Positions 57,307 to 64,000 of a stretch of 64,000 bases of DNA are shown here, piece by piece (position 1 is the stretch's first letter; the number at the start of each line of letters is the position of its first letter). Source of the DNA: an uncultured delta proteobacterium (GTDB taxonomy: Bacteria > Desulfobacterota > Binatia > UBA9968). Below the pieces are notes generated by a model. The model did no database searches, was not told where the DNA came from, and saw only the letters and a list, made by a program, of their open reading frames with translations. Made by a program: the position numbers and the translations under genes. The stretch covers positions 64,001 to 128,000 of the forward strand of contig CAWJZV010000017.1 in the NCBI GenBank assembly GCA_963847445.1, in the 5' to 3' direction.

Positions 57307-58776
57307 ATGAAAGAAGAACAGGTTTCAGTCGTGGTTGTCGGCGGTGGCAGCGCCGCCTTTGAAGCGGCGGTGGCGGCCAAGCAAAGCGGTGCCCGTCAAG
57401 TCGTCATGTTGGAAAAAGCGCCCGAGCCGGAGTTCGGTGGCAACGCGCGTTTCTCGCACACCGGATTTCGCTTCGCCTATTCCGGCGCAGCGGAAATCCG
57501 CGGCTTTATGCCCAATATGAGCGTTGGCGAGTTCGACCGATTGCACTTGCCCGGCTATACGCCGGCGGATTTCACCGCCGATCTCATGCGTGTGACGCGC
57601 GGCCGGATCAACAAAAAACTCGCTGAAGTCTTGGTCAACGAATCCAACGTCGCCGTGCACTGGATGGATCAACTCGGCATGCAGTGGGAACCTGCCGGTC
57701 ATGTGGAGATCGACGGCAAACTTTATTTTGAGCCTGGTATCGTCATCCATCCCACTGGCGGCATTGGCGGCGGCATCAGCCAGCTCAATCAATGGCGCGA
57801 TATCGCCACGCGCATGGGGGTGACGATTCGCTACGAGTCGCGGGTGCGCGAGCTGCTGGGCAATGACCGGCATGTCGAAGGCGTGCGTGTATCCGATCCC
57901 GGAGAAGAATATGAGATCCGCGCCGGCGCGACGATTCTCTGCGCCGGCGGTTTTCAGGCCAATCCGGAAATGCGCGCGCGCTATCTCGGCGCCAACGCCG
58001 ATTTGATGAAAGTGCGCGGCAGCCGGCACGATACCGGCGAGGTATTGCAAATGGCGTTGGCGCTTGGTTGCAAAGCCTCCGGCCACTGGCAGGGCGCCCA
58101 TGCAACGCCCATCGACGCGACCTTTGGCGATGTCGAGCTTAGCAACAAAGCCAATCGTTACGGTTATACCTTTGGCATTACCGTTAACTCCCTGGGTCAA
58201 CGCTTCTTTGACGAAGGTGAGGCGCATATCTCTTACACCTACGCCAAGACGGGCTGGGCGGTGTTGAGCGAGCCGGGCGGCATGGCTTATCAGATTTTCG
58301 ATCGCAAAGGCGCGGCATTGCAGGACCCGAGCTACTACCAATTCGCCAATCCCATCGAAGCGCAGACGATTGCTGAGCTGGCCGGTAAGATCGGCATTGA
58401 GTCAAACGTGTTGAGTCATACCGTGGACAAATTCAATCAAGCGGTGCGCCATGATATTCCGTTCGATGCTTCGAAAACCGATGGTCGCTGCACCGAAGGC
58501 ATTCAGCCGCGCAAATCCAATTGGGCGGAGCGCATCGATGAGCCGCCCTTTCAGGCGTTCCCGGTGACTGGCGGCATCACTTTCACCTTCGGCGGCCTCG
58601 AGATTAACGGTGATGCCCAGGCGGTCAACACCGGCGGTCAGCCGATCCGCGGCTTGTTCGCATCGGGCGATATCATCGGTCTGTTTTTTCATAACTACCC
58701 GTCGTGCACGGGGCAGACGCGCAATGTGGTTTTTTCGCGCTTGGCCGGCAGACACGCCGCGGCGCAGGGATTGTAA
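57307..58776 (+). CDS. FAD-dependent oxidoreductase, tricarballylate dehydrogenase TcuA-like
   Basis: VVGGG.A, LEKA....GGN.RF, GGFQAN.EMR.RYLG, RF.DEG, GITFTFGG, F.HNYP...G. Confidence 0.85.
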   Translation: MKEEQVSVVVVGGGSAAFEAAVAAKQSGARQVVMLEKAPEPEFGGNARFSHTGFRFAYSGAAEIRGFMPNMSVGEFDRLHLPGYTPADFTADLMRVTRGRINKKLAEVLVNESNVAVHWMDQLGMQWEPAGHVEIDGKLYFEPGIVIHPTGGIGGGISQLNQWRDIATRMGVTIRYESRVRELLGNDRHVEGVRVSDPGEEYEIRAGATILCAGGFQANPEMRARYLGANADLMKVRGSRHDTGEVLQMALALGCKASGHWQGAHATPIDATFGDVELSNKANRYGYTFGITVNSLGQRFFDEGEAHISYTYAKTGWAVLSEPGGMAYQIFDRKGAALQDPSYYQFANPIEAQTIAELAGKIGIESNVLSHTVDKFNQAVRHDIPFDASKTDGRCTEGIQPRKSNWAERIDEPPFQAFPVTGGITFTFGGLEINGDAQAVNTGGQPIRGLFASGDIIGLFFHNYPSCTGQTRNVVFSRLAGRHAAAQGL

Positions 58777-58799
58777 CGAAACCGACAATTGAGGTGAAT

Positions 58800-59804
58800 A
58801 TGGCAGGTTGCCGCCGCAAATTAGCGCTCGCAGTTTTGTCAATTTTTTTCCTGCTATTTGCGTTCGCCGCGCGCTCGCCCGCCGCCACACCCGCGAATCC
58901 ATTGCTGATTACTATCGGCAGTCTCAGCGAGCGCGAAGCGGTGCTCTTTGTCGCCAAAGACTATGGCATTTTTAACAAGCATGGCTTGGATGTACGCGCG
59001 GTGCATGTGCGCAACGGCGCTGTCGCGCTGTCGGCGTTGGCGAATGGCGAGGCGCAGTTCTACATGGGCGCGGCGACCGGCTCGACCCTTGGCGCCATCG
59101 CCAACGGGCTGGACGCGGTGTTCATCACCAGCTTGATTCACAAGCTCGAAGGCACTTTCGTGGTCATTCCGACGATCAAGACGCCGGCCGACTTGAAAGG
59201 CAAAAACATCGGCGTCACCAGCCTCGGCGGCGGCGTCTGGATGCGCTCCATGCTGGCGTTCGAGCACTGGGGGCTCGAGCCACAGCGCGACAAAATAACC
59301 TTGCGCGTTATCGGCGACGAGTCTTTGCTCGCCCAGGCGATGCCCAACAAGGTGATCGACGGCGCTTATTTCAACTACACTTTTGCCAGCGTGCTCGAAC
59401 GGCAAGGCTTCCGCGTCTTGGCCGATCTCGCCAAGCTCAACATCCCGTATCAAAACACCGCGCTGCTGGCCCAGCGCAGGTATTTGAACAGCGCGCAAGA
59501 CTCCACGGAGCGCTTGCTGCGAGCGCTTGCCGACACGATCGGCTTCGTTCTCGACCCGAAAAACAAATCGCTGGTGCTTAAAAGCATGGCCAAAGGCCTG
59601 CGCCTCGCGCAAGTGGAAGACGCCGTCGGCGGGTATGAGCGCCTCGGCAATATGTACCAACGCCGCATCTTTCCCAACGTCGACGGCATCCGCTCGACCA
59701 TCCGCTTTCTTGGCGCGACCAACGACAAGATCCGTGCGCTGAAGGCTGAAGACTTGATCGACGAACGGTTTGTGAAAAAATTGGAACAAGAGGGCAGGTT
59801 TTAG
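58800..59804 (+). CDS. NMT1/SsuA-type substrate-binding protein
   Basis: VAKD.GIF.KHGLDV, DLKGKNIGV.S.GG. Confidence 0.87.
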   Translation: MAGCRRKLALAVLSIFFLLFAFAARSPAATPANPLLITIGSLSEREAVLFVAKDYGIFNKHGLDVRAVHVRNGAVALSALANGEAQFYMGAATGSTLGAIANGLDAVFITSLIHKLEGTFVVIPTIKTPADLKGKNIGVTSLGGGVWMRSMLAFEHWGLEPQRDKITLRVIGDESLLAQAMPNKVIDGAYFNYTFASVLERQGFRVLADLAKLNIPYQNTALLAQRRYLNSAQDSTERLLRALADTIGFVLDPKNKSLVLKSMAKGLRLAQVEDAVGGYERLGNMYQRRIFPNVDGIRSTIRFLGATNDKIRALKAEDLIDERFVKKLEQEGRF

Positions 59805-59966
59805 ATTGAGTCGTGGCCGGTCGTCTTGTCGTTTTCCCTACTCGACCTCGTCAAGCCGCCTGCGATCGCGATAGATTGCGGTTTCGATACCCGCCGCGCT
59901 CGGTAACTCGAATTGCCAACAAAACGTTAAAACCGTCCAACGTCATTCAGTCCGAAGCGCGAATCC

Positions 59967-60422
59967 ATGAAATCTATCAGCGAGTATTACAAAATCCTCG
60001 GAGTCGACTCCAGCGTCACAGCCGAAGAGCTGAAGAAGGTTTACCGAGAGCTGGTCAAAGAGTGGCATCCCGATCGGCTTTTGCATAATCCGAGTCTGCA
60101 CAAGACCGCGCAGCAAAAGCTCCAGGAAATCAATGAAGCCTACGATCAGCTTCAGGCGCACTTGGCAAATCCCGAACCCCAATCGTCGCCGCCCAAGAAC
60201 GAGCCGAGTCGAGATACCGCCGACGGGCGCCGCAAAGCAACCAATGCGACCGCAAAACGGCCCGTTGCCCCTGTGACTCAATTGTTAAACCCCTATGTCG
60301 CATTTTGGCGAAAGCATCGTGTGTTGGTCCGGCGCGTAGCCTTAGACACCGTGAAAGATCCGTGGATCATCGCGGCCTTTATTTTCATGCTGTTGTTGGC
60401 GATCGCTGTAGATTGGTTTTAG
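59967..60422 (+). CDS. J-domain protein with C-terminal TM anchor
   Basis: YYKILGV...ELKK.YREL.KEWHPD..KLQEINEAY; terminal hydrophobic helix. Confidence 0.88.
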   Translation: MKSISEYYKILGVDSSVTAEELKKVYRELVKEWHPDRLLHNPSLHKTAQQKLQEINEAYDQLQAHLANPEPQSSPPKNEPSRDTADGRRKATNATAKRPVAPVTQLLNPYVAFWRKHRVLVRRVALDTVKDPWIIAAFIFMLLLAIAVDWF

Positions 60423-60757
60423 CAATCAAGCTAACTCGCTGGAATCGAAAACTCGTCAAGGGAAATGATCGATCCCTGCCGACGTCAAACAAATCTTCGT
60501 TGAAGCGGTTACCGAGTTGGTCTCTATGACTGCGAAACGTAGAGGAAGTTCTTCGTTGGTACGCAGCCGTGGTGAGCGACACCAGCAATCTCGATCTCGA
60601 CGCGAAAATCAGTTACTTAGAATCAAAAACAAACAACGAAACGCTAAGCAAGTCCCGCCTACTTCAAAAATCTTCGACTTCGTATAACAGGATTGAATCG
60701 GAAGTCTCCTGCGATCAAATCTGCCAATTCATTCGTCTGTGTGCCGCATACGGATAG

Positions 60758-60967
60758 TCATTTACGTTTCTGACTTATTTTATCGTGCGTCGATTCGTCT
60801 GGGTGAAAAGGTTCTTTAAGGAACGAGAGTCGGCTGATTGCTTTCGCTCGGCAATTGCAGCAGGCGAGAACGCTGGAGGACAGTTCGATGCAAGCGCGAC
60901 ATTTTGCATGCCGACAAAAGGAACAGACGAGGCCTAGGGCTGGGGAATAATGTAGTAATCGAGTCAC
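60758..60967 (-). CDS. possible small Cys-rich (Zn-finger-like) protein
   Basis: CSFC-x4-CRAC-x9-CCNC; GTG start with weak AGGA upstream. Confidence 0.3.
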   Translation of the reverse strand: MTRLLHYSPALGLVCSFCRHAKCRACIELSSSVLACCNCRAKAISRLSFLKEPFHPDESTHDKISQKRK

Positions 60968-61504
60968 GGTGCGCCATCCTAACCCACGCGAACATTTGTA
61001 TCGGTGTAGCGGTTTAATTTAAAATTGAGTCCGCATCCTTATTTAAGATTGTATCGAGTGTCAAGCGAATAACGATTTTCTCAAGTTGTTTTTGACAAAA
61101 AAAAGCAATGACAAGCAATTCTTAATGAAACTAAGTTTTAATAATCGAAATCGATCATTCTTAAAATTCTTGTTGGTCGCGGTTGCTCTTCAATCGCAGA
61201 TCTGTCAAATAAATCCTTTGACATTAGTCTGAGGTGTATTCAGGTGAATCCGCGAGTAAAGCGCTGGGCCTTAGCAGCGACGCCGTCATTGTAGAGATAA
61301 AGGCAGCGGCATCCGCCCTGTGTCGGGTAGAATCGTTGAAAATATAGTGCCGCAGCCGTGTGATCGTCTAGCTGTGCGATCTCAAGAAACCGGCTGTCCG
61401 ACGTTTCTCGCGGCGCGGCGCCTTGGTCAAATAATTGAACTGATTCGTGTTGGGGATTCTGAGCTCGGTTCGATGACCGATTGTCACGGGCGCGATCTCG
61501 CCGG

Positions 61505-63896
<2,392 letters not shown>

Positions 63897-64000
63897 GGAT
63901 GAAGCCTTATGGGATCAACGAATCGATTGAGTATATCAGCGTTGCATAAAGAATTAAGCGCGGTGAAAGAAAAGTCACGCAACCGGCTAAAAACAAAGCA

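Noticed and set aside
57325-59789. Long antisense ORFs (also 43445..44293, 13800..14627, 41838..42407)
   Set aside because: These are shadow frames of well-supported genes in GC-rich DNA and have no recognisable motifs.

Overview
Bacterial chromosomal window. The many orphan NMT1/SsuA-type binding proteins, amidohydrolases, a Rieske oxygenase and the intergenic palindrome families resemble Candidatus Binatia/Deltaproteobacteria (inference only). There are four blocks. (1) 1-17.8 kb: a co-oriented general-stress/stationary-phase island (LigD, CsbD, BON x2, entericidin, YihY, AI-2E, M48, YtxH, GT4, SOD, a Gln-rich secreted protein) with several unannotated microproteins and sigma54-like promoters. 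(2) 18.7-40.7 kb: a ~21 kb accessory segment bracketed by two diverged copies of a phosphatase gene plus binding-protein start. It holds IS256/IS21/IS1182 scars, an IetAS-like AAA-ATPase/subtilase pair and an NRPS cluster (MbtH; C-A-PCP x3; stand-alone A-PCP lacking the conserved Asp). The NRPS ends in a domain resembling cyanobacterial acyl-ACP reductase rather than a TE or SDR-type R domain, which is the most striking item. (3) 40.7-48.7 kb: AcuB-like CBS protein, pgm, aldo-keto reductase, and a caspase + peptidoglycan-binding GH19 pair behind a sigma54 site. (4) 48.7-64 kb: aromatic/organic-acid catabolic genes with orphan binding proteins, a J-domain protein and tex. Many genes, including pgm and tex, carry single-base indels that are most likely long-read assembly errors. 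All family calls come from motif recognition by eye; no searches were run.
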